Positions 12,666 through 26,555 of a stretch of DNA of 64,000 nucleotides are shown in pieces. The stretch is from Octopus vulgaris (Eukaryota): contig OX597831.1 of the NCBI GenBank assembly GCA_951406725.2, forward strand, positions 57,288,001-57,352,000, read 5' to 3'. The notes below the pieces were generated by a model that worked only from the letters and a program-made list of their open reading frames with translations, was not told the origin of the DNA and ran no database searches. The stretch's first letter is position 1. Each line of letters opens with the position of its first letter. A program made the position numbers and the translations under genes.

Positions 12666-12849
12666 GATAGGGGAAATATAGGGATTTTCCTAATGTTGGC
12701 AGAAAAGATTCTGGGTTAGTTTTGGAAATATTATATGTAACACACCATTGTTCGCATGATCTTAGTGAAATAACAGAAAAGAACTGTTGCAAGTTTGTTT
12801 GCAATATGTGACTCTCTTTTAAGTGAAATTGCAAAACTGGCAAAGCTTG

Positions 12850-13146
12850 GTTACGACGACGAGGTTTCCAGATGATCCGATCAATGGAACAGCCTGCTCA
12901 TGAAATTAAAGAGCAAACTGTCATTCCACAGACATGCTCATCCTTAACGTAGTTCTCGGGGAGATTCAGCATAACACAGAATGTGACAAGGCTGGCCTTT
13001 TAAATTACAAGTGCACCTCATTTTTGCCGGCCGAGTGGACTGGAGCAAAGTGAAATAAAGTGTCTTGCTCAAGGGCACAGTACACCGCCGGGAATTGAAC
13101 ACACGATTGTGTGCCGAATACCCAAACCAGAATGCCACGCGCCTTC
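12850..13146 (-). mobile_element. tRNA-derived SINE (family C-like) on minus strand
   Basis: Reverse complement contains gtgttcaattcccgg and gtgcccttgagcaagacactttatttcac. Confidence 0.7.
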
Positions 13147-13178
13147 ACTAATGAAATTGTATAGTATCGTCAGCTAAT

Positions 13179-13585
13179 CTTTTACTCTTTTACTCTCTTA
13201 CTTGTTTCAGTCATTTGACTGCGGCCATGCTGGAGCAACGCCTTTAGTCGAGCACATCGACCCCAGGAGTTATTCTTTGTAAACGTAGCAATTATTCTAT
13301 CGGTCTCTTTTGCTGAACCGCTAAGCTACGGGGACCTAAACACATCAGCATCGGTTGTCAAGCGATGTTGGAGGAACAAATACAGACGCACAAACATATA
13401 CACACACATACATATATATATATGTGTGTGTGTGTATGACGGCCTCTTTCAGTTTCTGTCTACCAAATCCATTCAAAAGGCTTTGGTCGACCCGAGGCTA
13501 TAGCAGAAGACACTTGCCCAAGGTGCCACGCAGTGGGACTGAACCCGGAACCATGTGGTTCGTAAGCAAGCTACTTATCATACAC
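13179..13585 (-). mobile_element. SINE family A, full length
   Basis: Same head, core, internal microsatellite and tail as 986-1380. Confidence 0.9.
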
Positions 13586-13638
13586 ACACTCCAACTGTAA
13601 AAAAAATTGATAAACAGTGGGAAGAGCATAGATCTCTG

Positions 13639-13716
<78 letters not shown>

Positions 13717-13879
13717 TGCATTGATTTCGTAAATATCAGAGGACTAACCGTTGATGGCAACATTTGAGCTTATTAAGAATGATTTAATGACAGAAAAAAT
13801 AACTCTATTACTGGTTAATTTATAAATCAGCCATCTATGCCATAGCTTGCTAAATGCTATAGAAATGTCAAAGGAATGA

Positions 13880-14277
13880 TCCTTTCTACTATGAGCACAA
13901 GGCCTGAAATTCGGGTAAGGGAGATAGTCGATTACATCGGTCCCAGTACGCAACTGGTACTTAATTTATCGATCCGAAAGGAAGAACAGATAAGTCGACT
14001 TCGGCGGAATTTGAACTCAAAAACTAAAGACAGACGAAATACCTATTTCTTTACTACCCACAAGGGGCTAAACATAGAGGGGGCAAACAAGGACAGACAA
14101 ACGGATTAAGTCGATTACATCGATCCCAGTAAGCAACTGGTACTTAATTCATCGATCCCGAAAGGATGAAAGGCTAAGTCGACCTCGGCGGAATTTGAAC
14201 TCAGAACGTAACGGCAGACGAAATACCGCTAAGCATTTCGCCCGGCGTGCTAACGTTTCTGCCATCTCGCCGCCTTA
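13880..14277 (-). mobile_element. SINE family B, tandem dimer
   Basis: Reverse complement of the family B sequence; junction gacgaaatacctatttcttt near 14033-14052. Confidence 0.85.
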
Positions 14278-14790
14278 AAATGTCAAAGGAATAATACAAA
14301 CATCAAAGTTACTATTACAACATATCCTATAAGTGATACTATGATTCTTTTAGCAGTAGACTTTGAAGATCGAAAACCATAATGCTTGTCACAAAAAATA
14401 TAAATTTTACTCAAGTGATTAATTACGCCCTGTCTGTGATAGATTCAAATAAATTACTTTTGATGCTCAGTGGACTAATTAGCTTATAATGAGATGGGTA
14501 GAACGGTGCCCAGAGTTCTTGAAAGATTGAACAAACTACAAACTTCTTTCAGATGTTAAGGAAACACTTCTTTTTGAGAGAACGTTTGAAAAACTTTGTT
14601 AGACATTTTAGATATGTCAGGGGATTGGCTTCTCATCGCAATGATAAAAATTTGATTTAGGCCATTTATAAGTTTGGAAATCTCCTTATTGGTATTTCAA
14701 AGTCAGAAATAAAGCAACTAGCATGAATGAAAGTATCAAGTAAAATGGTTAGAGGCATCAAACGTGGAATTCTAAAGGAGGAATTACAAC

Positions 14791-15110
14791 TGTGTTTTGT
14801 GGTCTGCTACCACAACAGCTCCTTTATAGGATCCAGTTAGCTCAAGACATCATCAGGAGAAACCACGTCCGGTTTCGGCCCCTACTCCTCTATCGCTTTG
14901 ACGTGGAGCCCCCCCCCTTTCGGAGGTCTCTTCAGCTCCGGTGTTGGGTGCATGTCTTCTTTCTTCTGTTTCCTGGCCTCTCCGATGTATCGTCAGCGAG
15001 TGTCAGCCGGTGACTGACTGACTTGTCAAACTTTTCCCTTTAAATACCTGTCGCTAGGCTCCAGCAGACAGCCCCAGCAAGTTGTCACGTAACACTGTCT
15101 CACCTTAACA
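14791..15110 (-). mobile_element. GC-richer TG...CA bounded segment, possible solo LTR
   Basis: Starts TGT and ends ACA; TATTTAAA on minus strand; no target-site duplication confirmed. Confidence 0.3.
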
Positions 15111-15251
15111 GACTAGTGAAGGTGCGTAGTCTTAGCCCGCGCATTCTCTAAACGATAGCTAAATGTTAAGGTTTTGTTAGTGGTATCTTTATTTTTTATG
15201 TTTTGTCTCAATCACTAAACTTGCATCGGGCATCGTCTTGAACGATTTAGA

Positions 15252-15345
15252 TCAGTGTTTCCCAACCAGGGTCCACATGGAAACCCAGGGGTCCACAGAA
15301 GCTTTAAGGGGGTCCGCGAGTAAAAAATTTGTGGGTCCATATATA
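15252..15345. mobile_element. hAT-like MITE terminus
   Basis: CAGTGTTTCCCAAC end followed by repeated ggggtcc subterminal motifs; other end not found. Confidence 0.5.
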
Positions 15346-15579
15346 AATTTTGTTTACTAGAAGAGATACTTGTATTTATTGAAATTTTCAAGATTTGTAT
15401 TGGAATTAATATTATGAATATAACGAAAGTGTTTCATTGTTAGTTTTTACTAACCTACAAACAACTTGGTACATGGAGCTTCATCAGAATGAAGACAAAT
15501 ACATAAAATAAAGGAAGAGAAGCTCCATGTATCAGGTTGGATGTGCTATAGACTATGACGAATATTATTTCTCCTCCGA

Positions 15580-16195
15580 TAAAACAACATTTTTCCACTG
15601 CTCTAGGGACCAATTCCGTAGGTTTTTGCTCCACTCTAAACGCTTTGCAATGTTTGTTTATGTAAGTAGTGGTTTTCTGATTGCAGCTCTCCTGTGAAAT
15701 CCGGCTTTGTGCAGCTCCTAGCGAACAGGTTTTGGGGAAACTGGGTTCTCGAGATGGTCATTAAGCTCTGCAGTAATTTTGGGAGCTGTACTTTTGTGAT
15801 CCTAACAATTCGCATTGACGGTCCCTATCTGAAAGTTTTGGTTTTCTTCCGGAGTTTTGCTTCGACGAGGAGGCTTTTCCCTCTTTCTCAAAGGCGCTCA
15901 TTACATTCGAGACAGTACTTCTTGATACACCAAACATTTCGGCTGTTTTCGTTACGCTAGCGCCTTCCATACGAGCACCAATAAATTGACCTCTTTGAAA
16001 GTCCGATAGAGCTGTCATTAATTACCTTTATCTGATGATATCTGAAAAGAAACAGCACTTTTGGCAAAACATATTAAGCAACACTAATAATAAATCAAAA
16101 AACATAACAACAAACAAGCTTTTGACGGTTTTATAAACATTTCAAAATTATGATGCTACGATGCTAGGTGCCACCATTATTTTGTCCAACACCTG
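15580..16195 (-). mobile_element. Tc1 element, 5' portion
   Basis: TA-CAGGTGTTGGACAAAATAATGG TIR; MTALSDFQRGQFIGARMEGASVTKTAEMFGVSRSTVS...SGRKPKLSDRDR paired-HTH N-terminus. Confidence 0.88.
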
Positions 16196-16390
16196 TATAT
16201 GACGAGCTTCCACACTTTCCGTCTACTAAATTCATTCTCAAGTCATTGATCGGTCGGAGTCTATAGTGAATGATGAAGTGCCGTGCAGTGTTGCTGAACC
16301 CGTTACAGAGGGAACGTTTTAATCACTCTTCCCATCCAGGATCAAGTCAAAAATATGAGATGCAACTTTTGATGCTCCAGATCTGAAAAG

Positions 16391-16485
<95 letters not shown>
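16391..16485. repeat. (ATA)n microsatellite
   Basis: Direct reading. Confidence 0.95.
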
Positions 16486-16486
<1 letters not shown>

Positions 16487-17148
16487 TCCAAGTAAGACAT
16501 CCGCCAACTGAGAATGGATCCCATTTCAATCCACTTTAGAATAAGTGAACATAGTCCAATGTAATGGTATATCAAAAGAATATTTACTGTGTAATCCAGT
16601 AATCACTTGACTAAGCAGTGATCTGATCTACTACTCATAGATAACACAAGTCAAAGCACAAAGATTACGATTGTGTAATCAAAGAGAGATCAAAGAGATC
16701 GTGATTGTTTGATTACTGACGTCTAGAGCACGTATTGGTGAATCAATAAGTTGACTTACTTCGTATAACAAGGAGAGAATTTTATCAGTTTCTGCCATCG
16801 ATGCCATTTAAGTTGGAATGTAACCAGTCTTTGCTCTCTATAGATGTATTACATAAGAATATATTTTCATTCAATATATCCAAGAAAAGTTGAAGATTTA
16901 AATATATCGAGATTTAACGACATGATACTTAAGACATTTTCTGTGACTATGCACAATAAAGAGAAAGAGAGAAAGAGAGAGTGGAGGTAGGGATGAGGTG
17001 AATTAGAAAATGAGAGCGAGAATGACAGTATGGGACATAAATTAACCAATTCAGGTCACAAATTTGAGAGAAAGGGAGAGAGAGAGAAAGTTTGACTTAT
17101 GTTAAGTAGACATATATAAAGTGTAACATATAATGACCTTTGATATGG

Positions 17149-17646
17149 AACAACGCAGAAATGCATGAATCCCACGATTCAGTGACATCATTCACAGCTC
17201 AGTGTATTTTCATGCGTAGTATATGAGAAAAATCTCCTGAGATTATTTCTACAGCGAAAGGACTTCACATGTTCGAGTGTACACGAACGTGTTATATATC
17301 ATTGCATGTACTTATATTTTATCCAAGGGTGCTTCATACTACTTTATTGACTTAATTCAAGGTTGATCAAACCTAACACACGCCAGCAGATTTACTGTTT
17401 GCTGTCCTTGGCTATATCAAAACTATCGTTCTGATTTAGATGTAAATAACTAATTTAGTATTCATAGCTGACGGTGCGTAACAACGCAGAAACGCATGGG
17501 TCCTATGGTTCGATGACGTCATTCATAGACAAATGTAGTTTCACACATTTTGTCTATGAGTGAGAATTTCTCCCGACACTATATCCGCAGCAAAAGGTCT
17601 TCCTACGTTCGAGTGAACACGAGCGAGTTAAATATCATCGTACATG
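17149..17646. repeat. Diverged direct duplication (~160-bp copies at 17149-17308 and 17480-17646)
   Basis: Shared blocks aacaacgcagaaa.gcatg, tgac.tcattca, aaagg.cttc, gttcgagtg.acacga, atatcat. Confidence 0.7.
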
Positions 17647-17929
17647 AACACACACACAGAATCACACATACAATCAGACACACACTCATACCCACACACA
17701 CACACACACAAAAGCACACGTATGTTAAAGTTTGGCCATCACTTGTGAGTACGATTTAGCAGCTTTTACTATACTTTCGCTAGTTGTTTTAAAACCCAAT
17801 GTAGTCATGTACGTACATAAATACAGTCTTTCCCACCCAGCCTTGATCCAGCAAGACAGCGATTATCCGTCAGTTGGAGAGAGAGAGTGAGAGAGAGAGG
17901 GGGAGGGAGAGAGAGCAGCAGCAGCACCA

Positions 17930-18078
17930 GTCAACTGGTACCTCATTTTCATTTGAGTAGACTGGAATAACCTGAAATGAAGTGCGTTGTTGATAGACAG
18001 AACGCACTGCCCGGTTCAAAAATCGAACCCAGGACCTCATGATCTTGAGCCCAAAGCATCCCAGCCATTGGGGCACGA
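17930..18078 (-). mobile_element. SINE family C-like fragment
   Basis: Reverse complement ccccaatggctggg...ctgggttcgatttt...gcagtgcgtt. Confidence 0.55.
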
Positions 18079-18440
18079 GTCTTCACTCGCCCATCATTAT
18101 CAACGCTGTAGAAGTGGTTTCTTTTTATTTCGTCTGTTCTGCAGAGAGCGACAGCATCTTTCAAACACGTTGAGTATCATAAATTATATTCGTTGTTAAC
18201 TTCACTTTGTAAATAAACTCTTATATGCATATACAATTGCGTACACATATGAAACGAGAGAGAGAGAATCGGTTACAAAACCAGCACGACGCGGCGGAGG
18301 GGAGAGGATTGGTCGTAGGGAGTTACTATTTACATTTTATGTTTATGATTTCTTGCAAAGAAAGTCGCCCATAAATACAGAGAGAGTTTACATTTGTTTT
18401 TATTTAATGATTAATATTTAAAAAATCTATTATATTTACA

Positions 18441-18442
<2 letters not shown>

Positions 18443-18510
<68 letters not shown>

Positions 18511-18779
18511 TATATGTATATATATATATATATGTATATATATATACATATACATATATATATACATATACATATATATACATATATATATATTTACATA
18601 TATATATACATATACATATATATATACATATATATATACATATACATATATATATATGTATACATACATATATATATATGTGTGTGTATACATATATATA
18701 TATATATATGCATATATATATACATATACATATATATATATATGTATACATACATATATATATATATGTGTGTGTATAC

Positions 18780-18815
<36 letters not shown>

Positions 18816-18913
18816 GCATCATATGTGTATACAGATGTGTGTGAGACTGTATGTATGTATATGTGCATATGTGTATATGTGTATATTCATGTGCATATAT
18901 ATATTTATATATG

Positions 18914-18977
<64 letters not shown>

Positions 18978-19020
18978 TTTGTGTGTGTATGTGTGTATGT
19001 GTATATATATATATATATGT
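18443..19020. repeat. Long compound (TA)n/(TACA)/(TG) microsatellite
   Basis: Direct reading. Confidence 0.95.
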
Positions 19021-20176
19021 TTGAAGTGTCATTCTATTTTAAAAGTTAATATTATTAATAGTAGTAAGTAAATATTAGTTGGAAGTGAATATGTAATTTA
19101 ATATTTTTGCGAGGGGGGAATTAATTATTAATTCAATTCAATGGTGTTTTATATTACGTGTTATGTGGCGCGTGTCATGAATTAGAAAACCAGCGATGAA
19201 AGGAAGGAAAAAAAAACTCTACATCAAACTAGACCGATGTCGTAAAACAACGACGTGTAAAGGAATAATATTTTAAGGAATAATATTTAAAATATTACAC
19301 TTTAGAAATTGTTTGCGCTATTATTGATTATTATTCATGATGTATGTATAAAATATAATAACAGTTCTACTACATACGAGTGATGTTTTGTTTTTAAATT
19401 TTTCATATTTCTTTGACTGATAAGAATTTGTACTTAGCTGGAGGTAATACATGAATATACATCCGTGCTGATATACATATACATATACACACCATCATAT
19501 GTACGTACATACATACATGCACATATACAATTATTTATACATATACGAACGTAGATACGCACACGTATGCACGCAAACATACTCAAGTATCTGTCATAAT
19601 TTATTACTGGATAACATTTGAAAATAACTTTTGCGTTCAACTGTAACAGCCAACATACTTATTTTAGACTAATACTATATAAATGGAGTTTATAGACACA
19701 CATTTTCATTTACGAAAAGTAAATCAATTACATTATATAACACTGCGGAACGTCTGTAGTTTGTTAAGCAGAAATATTTGCTCCAATATCTGTTTGAAAA
19801 TACAAGACAATGGAGGAAAGAATTCCAAGATGATCCACCCTCGAGAGGGACGATTGATATGCTGTTTGGTAAGTGAAACAATTCTGTCGCCGAGAATGTT
19901 TACATAGGGGGATTTTTTTAAAGTATGCTATATAATTGTTTTAGCATTCATATTACGCTGTTGAATGTGATGCTTATTTATTCACATTGTTTTGAATTAA
20001 TCACGCATTATTTTGCAGCTTCAAAATTTCAATAACGTGACAGTATTTCTCTTAGAATGACGTCATAGTGTAGGTGTAATTGGCTGGATCTGGCTTGTTT
20101 GAGCGTAAACTGGAAAGAATATGACCAGTTTAATTGCTAAAATATTTAAAGTTTTAAAAGAAGTTAGAACGATGTT

Positions 20177-20397
20177 GCAGTCATTTGACTGTGGCCATAC
20201 TGGAGCACCGCCATTAGTCGAGCAAATCGACCCCAGGACTTATTCTTTGTAAGCCTAGTACTTATTCTATCGGTCTCTTTTGCCGAACCGCTAAGTTACG
20301 GGGACGTAAACATACCAGCATCGGTTGTCAAGCGATGCCCGGGGGACAAACACAGACACACAAATATATACACACACATACACACATACATACATAC

Positions 20398-20448
<51 letters not shown>

Positions 20449-20605
20449 TACGACGGGCTTCTTTCAGTTTCCGTCTACCAAATCCACTCAAGACTTTGGT
20501 CGGCCCGAGGCTATAGTAGAAGACACTTGCCTAAGGTGCCACGCAGTGGGACTGAACCCGGAACCGTGTAGTTCGTAAGCAAGCTACTTACCACACAGCC
20601 ACTCC
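20177..20605 (-). mobile_element. SINE family A
   Basis: Matches family A, internal (CA)/(TA)n. Confidence 0.9.
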
Positions 20606-21286
20606 TATACTCTTAACTTTTTGATGAAGATATTTCAACACGTGAGAACATTATCGAAATTTTAAACCGAATTTGCGTGTGTGCTCGTAGTTAGGTTCTC
20701 GAAGAAGTAGGTAATTAAGTATGAGCATCCGATGACACTTTCCGACTTTTCAATAAGGCGTAGTAAATCAAGCTTCATTGAGGGCCGTATCTCCATCCTT
20801 AACTATTTATCCTTATTTATGATTCGCTCTCTATAAAGAGTGGGGCAGTATTAAGAGTAGGTGGAAAAAACGAAAGAAAGTAGTACTCACTACACTGTTT
20901 TAAATTATGCTTAGTAACCTGACAATACCAAACTGGCTATACCGCCACGTGGTTACTACCGTCGCTGAGATTTCGATTCCTACAGACCACTAACTACCTG
21001 GTGTCAACATCCTGTCTGCTATAAATGAAGGAACTGGTGTTTGCTGGAGAACCATAGAATCCACTTGACCTAAGGTGACAACTAAAGAACCAAGTATCCC
21101 CACTTAGAAGCAATTTGAAATCCTGCTTTTAATTCTCCCCCTCTCTCCCTTTCCCTTCCGAACTATTGATCTATCTACATATGTATATGTACATTATATA
21201 TACGGCTATATTTACATACCGAATTCTACCAGTAAATAATTGGGGTTTTTTTAAAAGCCTTTATAGAAATTATTTACTCTTATTAT

Positions 21287-21346
<60 letters not shown>

Positions 21347-21358
21347 ATGTATGTATGT

Positions 21359-22225
21359 ATAAGTATCCGGATTGCTGCCATAGTAACAAAGCTAAAGGAA
21401 GCAGAATGAAGCCGCTTGGCACAGGTTGACCTTAAACTCTGCTGTGTATGTGCACTAGTTTTTAATGTTCTACCTCATTTTCGTTGTTTCGTTGGAAGGA
21501 AGCTGTGTAGCGTGTGAACGTCGCATGGCATAGAAAGTTGAGCAGAGAATTTGCATCAAATTTTGCCAAAAGCTTGGTGATACCTGCTCTGAGACCTACG
21601 CAAAGTTTTCAAAGGGTTTTTATCGTTCTCAACACAATCAAAGAGGTTTTGTGCGGCTGAAACCCGAGTGTCTTTTTGGTTAGCTGAAAGCAGTTTTGGC
21701 ACAAATTTGGCAGAAACGCATCTCATACCCACGTCTTCAGTGATAATGGACTCAACTGAACCATAACTAATCTGCACATCCTCTGCTAACTCACGGATGG
21801 TGATTCGACGATTTCCCCTCACAGCTGCCCGCACATCTGTGATTCTTTTCTCAGTTCTGCTGGTTGCGGGTCTCCCAGACCGTTCGTCACTATCGACAAG
21901 TTTTCGGCGATCTTGGAAAAGTCTGAACCACTCGTACACTTGTGTGCGGCTCATACACTCTTCTCCATAAACTTTCTGCAACTTTGCGAACGCCTCTAAG
22001 CAAGTATCGCCATGACAACTTTCTCTGTCATGGTCAATGCGATGATCACACGCTACAGACCTTCCTACCAAGCACTGCTGTAAACAGCGGAAGTGATCTA
22101 GAACGTTAATACTTAGTGCGCATGTACAACAAACTTCAAGGTCATTCTGTGCCAAGCGGATTCACCCTGCATACTTTAGCTTTGATTCTATGGCAACAGT
22201 CCGGGTACTTATTGATCGGACCTAG
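21359..22225. mobile_element. mariner derivative built from two inverted 5' ends
   Basis: Left arm (+) TIR plus KVEQRICIKFCQKLGDTCSETYAKF; right arm (-) TIR plus GDTCLEAFAKLQKVYGEECMSRTQVYEWF...RSGRP...ITIRELA...FVPKLL. Confidence 0.85.
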
Positions 22226-22293
22226 TATATGTATATATGTGTGTATTTGTGTATATATACATACATATATATGTGTGTGCATGTGTGCATGTA

Positions 22294-22671
22294 CACTTGC
22301 GTCAGAAATTAATTAGCACTTCTCAAATTTCTACATTAAATAGGTTAAATCAATTAACCTATGAGCTGTTCAAAACGTCTTACGCGATGAGAAAACTTAG
22401 TATGGTGTGATTTCGGTCCTTGCGAGGCGCTACCTATATCTATTAAACAAAGGAATTTGTCTGCATCCGCACTCCAAGTTGTTGTTGCACTGCTATGTCA
22501 ACATCATAAGGCTGTAGACTCTCAAACTGCTCTGCAAACAAAGTTACGTCATCGTTCTGCGCAACAGTGAACTCGCAACAAAGCAATAGTTCGAGATATG
22601 GCCACTAGGTGACAGCACATACCTTGAGTGAAGAGCAAATCAAGGGTGCTAATTAATTTCTGACGGTAGTG
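22294..22671. mobile_element. Tc1/mariner-type MITE (378 bp) with TA target duplication
   Basis: TA-cacttgcgtcagaaattaattagcac ... gtgctaattaatttctgacggtagtg-TA. Confidence 0.88.
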
Positions 22672-22970
22672 TATGTATGTAATTATTGAGTTTTATTTCA
22701 AGATTTCTTACCACTAGAGAAAGAGCCGGTTTCTAACCGAGATCTAAGGCATTTTCATTGGAGTTTCACTGAGCTTTACATTATCACCTTGCAAAACCAA
22801 AGTCAAATGCGATGAAGATGGTCATATTTTGCAAAGAAGAATATCTTGTGGATTTACTACTAATCGTTCTTATTTTTTATTAACATTCGATATACGAGTT
22901 GTTAATGGCCATGGTTTTCCCACATTAATTAGAAATATAAGTAAAATATCTGGTTCAATCCGCTTTAATA

Positions 22971-23500
22971 CTGTAAATCTTCAAGTATAGTCCGTCCTTG
23001 AGTATAATACGCAGGGGACTTTTAGGGGGCTGTACTTCTGAAAAACCTAAACCTTATGTGTAATGCGCACCCCTTCTCTAACTTGAGTCGCGCGTAATTA
23101 AGACAGCAGTACCTAGTCGAGCAAACACTTCCGCGCATGTGTAATACAATAATGGTGATGTTCATAAATTTTATATGGGAACGCAAATATGTTTGCAAAT
23201 TGTTTTGTTTTTTTTTTACATGTTATTCTGTGTTCTGAGTACTTTTATTTTAATAAATGTTGTTTACTGCAAGTTATGGATGATTCTTTTATGACTTCAT
23301 TGCTTTCAGGCTTAGCTTAAGGTATTTTTGCGCCCGACATCCCAAAATGCGCCTGAATAAAACATTGCCGGACACCAAATAGAGACTCAATCATTGCTTA
23401 GAAAATATTTTTCATTTTAAACCTCGTATATAGTACGCACTAGGCATTTTGACCTTTAAATTTTGGGATAAGAGAGCGAATTATACTCGAGGATTTACGG
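22971..23500. mobile_element. pogo/Tc2-type MITE (530 bp) with TA target duplication
   Basis: TA-ctgtaaatcttcaagtata ... tatactcgaggatttacgg-TA. Confidence 0.82.
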
Positions 23501-24127
23501 TAATATCAATATCATAATGGTATTTTTATCGCCTAATAGTTTCATTCATAAAAAAACATCACTTTTTTATTTTAGAAACCATCACTGCAGCTTTATAGCT
23601 AAGGAGGTGTAGGAAGCGAATTGTCATTGCGATTACATGTTCCCAAGGAAACTATTTAGTGGGTAAGCAATTGCCTCATGTGCTGCTGCGTATATAACAT
23701 GGCTAACATTAAAATATGAGTCCGTGAAAATGCTTGTTTGGCAAAGGAAAATCGGTTTCAATTTTTTTGAACTCAGAACACCTTACTTCTGACAAGGCAA
23801 AATGTTTTTCACTTTTATAGGGTCTTGAATACGAAGAAGCGCTAGTTTATCTTTCAAGAAAGCCATCGCGAATAATGAGAAAAAAATGCGACTGTTTATC
23901 TGAAAATCTTCCGGAAAGAAGAAAAATACATACATACATACATGTATGTTTGTATGTATGTATGTATGTGTGTGTGTAAATATATATGTCCGCATGTTTG
24001 TATCTATCTATCTTTATACGTATGTGCATGAGTGTGTGCTGTCTCAAGGACAGAACACAGCTCAAAATACGCGATTTAACTTTCTTTAATGATATATCTC
24101 CCAGTGTTCGCTAGTGGCCGAGTGAAT

Positions 24128-24168
<41 letters not shown>

Positions 24169-24585
24169 ATGCCATGAAAAGTCTCCATTTTATCTTCTAC
24201 TGAAAATGACTGAATTACCGTTCTGTATTGAGACAATAATTAACATCTTCTGTTTTCACGGTTCCTGAAACAAGAAACGAACTGGAAGTTATTTTAGAAG
24301 AATGCATTTGCGCTTTAATTGAAAAAGTTTATCGCCGCAAGGTAAATTTCTCGCTAGAATTGCAGTACACACAGAGAGACAATTTTAATATTATTTACAC
24401 ATTCGCACACTCATGCTCATATATACACACACGTATATACATATATGTGTGTATAATGTATATGTATGTATATGTATGTATATGTGTGTATCCTTCGTCA
24501 ATATACATCGGTGAGAAAATCAATAAACCGGTACTGTCGAATCGAAAATATCTTTCACCATATTTGTCTTGTCTGAATTTCACAG

Positions 24586-24612
24586 ATACTCGCTTGACCC
24601 TCTCGCTGTGAG
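24586..24612 (+). CDS. Candidate 27-nt symmetric micro-exon (YSLDPLAV, phase 2)
   Basis: Acceptor ttgtcttgtctgaatttcacAG, donor GAG|GTAAGA; only one frame open; lies in non-repeat sequence. Confidence 0.3.
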
Positions 24613-24975
24613 GTAAGAATTGATTCATCGGAAGCCCGAAACCAACGACGTTATACTTCACAAAATGAATGAAATAAAATAAATAAATAAAAAAAATCAG
24701 TTCGTGATAGTGAAAATAAATAAACCAGTAAAGATTTTTTTCTTCTTAAAAATATCTAGCCTTGTGGCAGTGATATGGAAATAGCTACATATAAAATTGC
24801 TGCAAAACAACACAATGAATAAATAGATAAAAACCAACGAGGAGCATCTAATATCAATGATCTCTCTCTCTCATACCAACGTATAGGAAGTCAATTATAC
24901 GAATGAACTTTTCTGCTCACCCACACATACCACATTTTCTTAATACCTAGCGTCAAATCAATTCATGTGTCAAAT

Positions 24976-25211
24976 TACTCTTTACTCTTTTTACTCTTTT
25001 ACTTGTTTCAGTCATTTGACTGTGGCCATGCTGGAGCACCGCCTTTAGTCGAGCACATCCACCTCAGGACTTATTCTATGTAAGCCTAGTACTTATTCTA
25101 TCGGTCTCTTTTGCCGAACCGCTAAGTTACGGGGACGTAAACACACCAGCATCGGTTGTCAAGCGATGTTGGGGGGTGGACAAACACAAACACATAAATA
25201 CACACATACAC

Positions 25212-25298
<87 letters not shown>

Positions 25299-25435
25299 TA
25301 CGACGGGCTACTTTCAGTTTCCGTCTACCAAATCCACTCACAAGGCTTTGGTCGGCCCGAGGCTATAGTAGAAGACTTTTGCACAAGGTGCCACGCAGTG
25401 GGACTGAAACCGGAACCATGAGGTTGGTAAGCAGG
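24976..25435 (-). mobile_element. SINE family A
   Basis: Matches family A including tail tactcttttactctt. Confidence 0.9.
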
Positions 25436-25525
25436 TTGTGTGTGTGTAATATATATATAGTCGCGTTTTTTTCCCTCTGTTCGTCCACATCGGGATCTTT
25501 CTTTCTTCTTTCTTCCTTCTCTTAT

Positions 25526-25560
25526 GTTTCCGACGAAGAGCTCCGCTCGAAACGTCATAC
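25526..25560 (+). ncRNA. Minimal hammerhead motif in a ~195-bp insert between TA tracts (25460-25655)
   Basis: gttt-CCGACGA-a-gagc(tcc)gctc-GAAA-CG-UC-atac; U4 replaced by C; one stem I mismatch. Confidence 0.55.
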
Positions 25561-25651
25561 CCTCCTTCTTCCATTTTCCTGAGCGCCTAATAATAATAAT
25601 ACCGTAATTGTTCCACGTGTTGTTGTTTTTTCTGTTTTCCCGTTTGGATTA

Positions 25652-25707
<56 letters not shown>

Positions 25708-25789
25708 CATATATCGATCGTAGTGTGGAAGACAAGATTTAGTCACATTCATTAACTCACAAAGACCGTTAAAATGTATGCATGTATGT

Positions 25790-26035
25790 GCATAAGGGAA
25801 AAAGGTCCTTCTCAAGTCATATAGACTCATACCACCGGTTTCCCGGTTTCCGTGGCGCATATATTCCCCCACTGGACAGGTCGCCGGTCCGTTGCAGGTT
25901 AACTCACTTTTGCCAGCTGAGTGAACTTTTGCAACGTGAAATTAAGTGTTTGCTCAAGAACACATCAGCCGGTCCAGGAATCGAAACAACAATCTTACGA
26001 TTATGAGTCCAACACGCTGCACGTTAAGCCACGTA
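25790..26035 (-). mobile_element. tRNA-derived SINE fragment (family C/D-like)
   Basis: Reverse complement gtggcttaacg...gtttcgattcctggacc...tcttgagcaaacactt...cctgcaacggaccggcgacctgtccag. Confidence 0.6.
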
Positions 26036-26247
26036 CCTCTACTTTATGTATGTATATACTTCGTGTATATTCATACATATGCATAGCAACTAAAGAGAAA
26101 TATGCTTACGCCTGTAGTTTAAATATTTTGACCGAATTTTACTTTTATCTAAGCATTTTTACTCTGCATGCAACAGAAAGAAAACATTCTAAACTGAATT
26201 TTGACAGACTAACAACCATGTATAACCCGCACGAACATACATACTCA

Positions 26248-26286
<39 letters not shown>

Positions 26287-26555
26287 ACATGTACACACAT
26301 GCCTGCAAACAGAAATTACTATACATATATCCGGATACATATGCACACATATTCCACAAACCGAAAAGTAACAGCCAAATTAATTCTCAACCTGACAATT
26401 CCATTAGCCACCGCGTCTTTATGAATATAAATATACTAACGTATTTATCTGCACACAGACACATATGTAGATATGTAGATATGTGTGAGTGTGTGTGTGT
26501 ACATTCATTATACACTATATTTAAATAAAAATAAATTTATATGTACAAATACTAT

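Noticed and set aside
14860-14940. Minus-strand ggag-CUGAAGA...GAAA...ctcc hammerhead-like string
   Set aside because: No U16.1/NUH triplet; GAAA is better explained as the tetraloop of a cctcc/ggggg hairpin
19760-19875. Apparent exon ending at a GTAAGT donor
   Set aside because: Translation RQWRKEFQDDPPSRGTI looks like a rosa/DD41D transposase N-terminus relic, and there is no good acceptor
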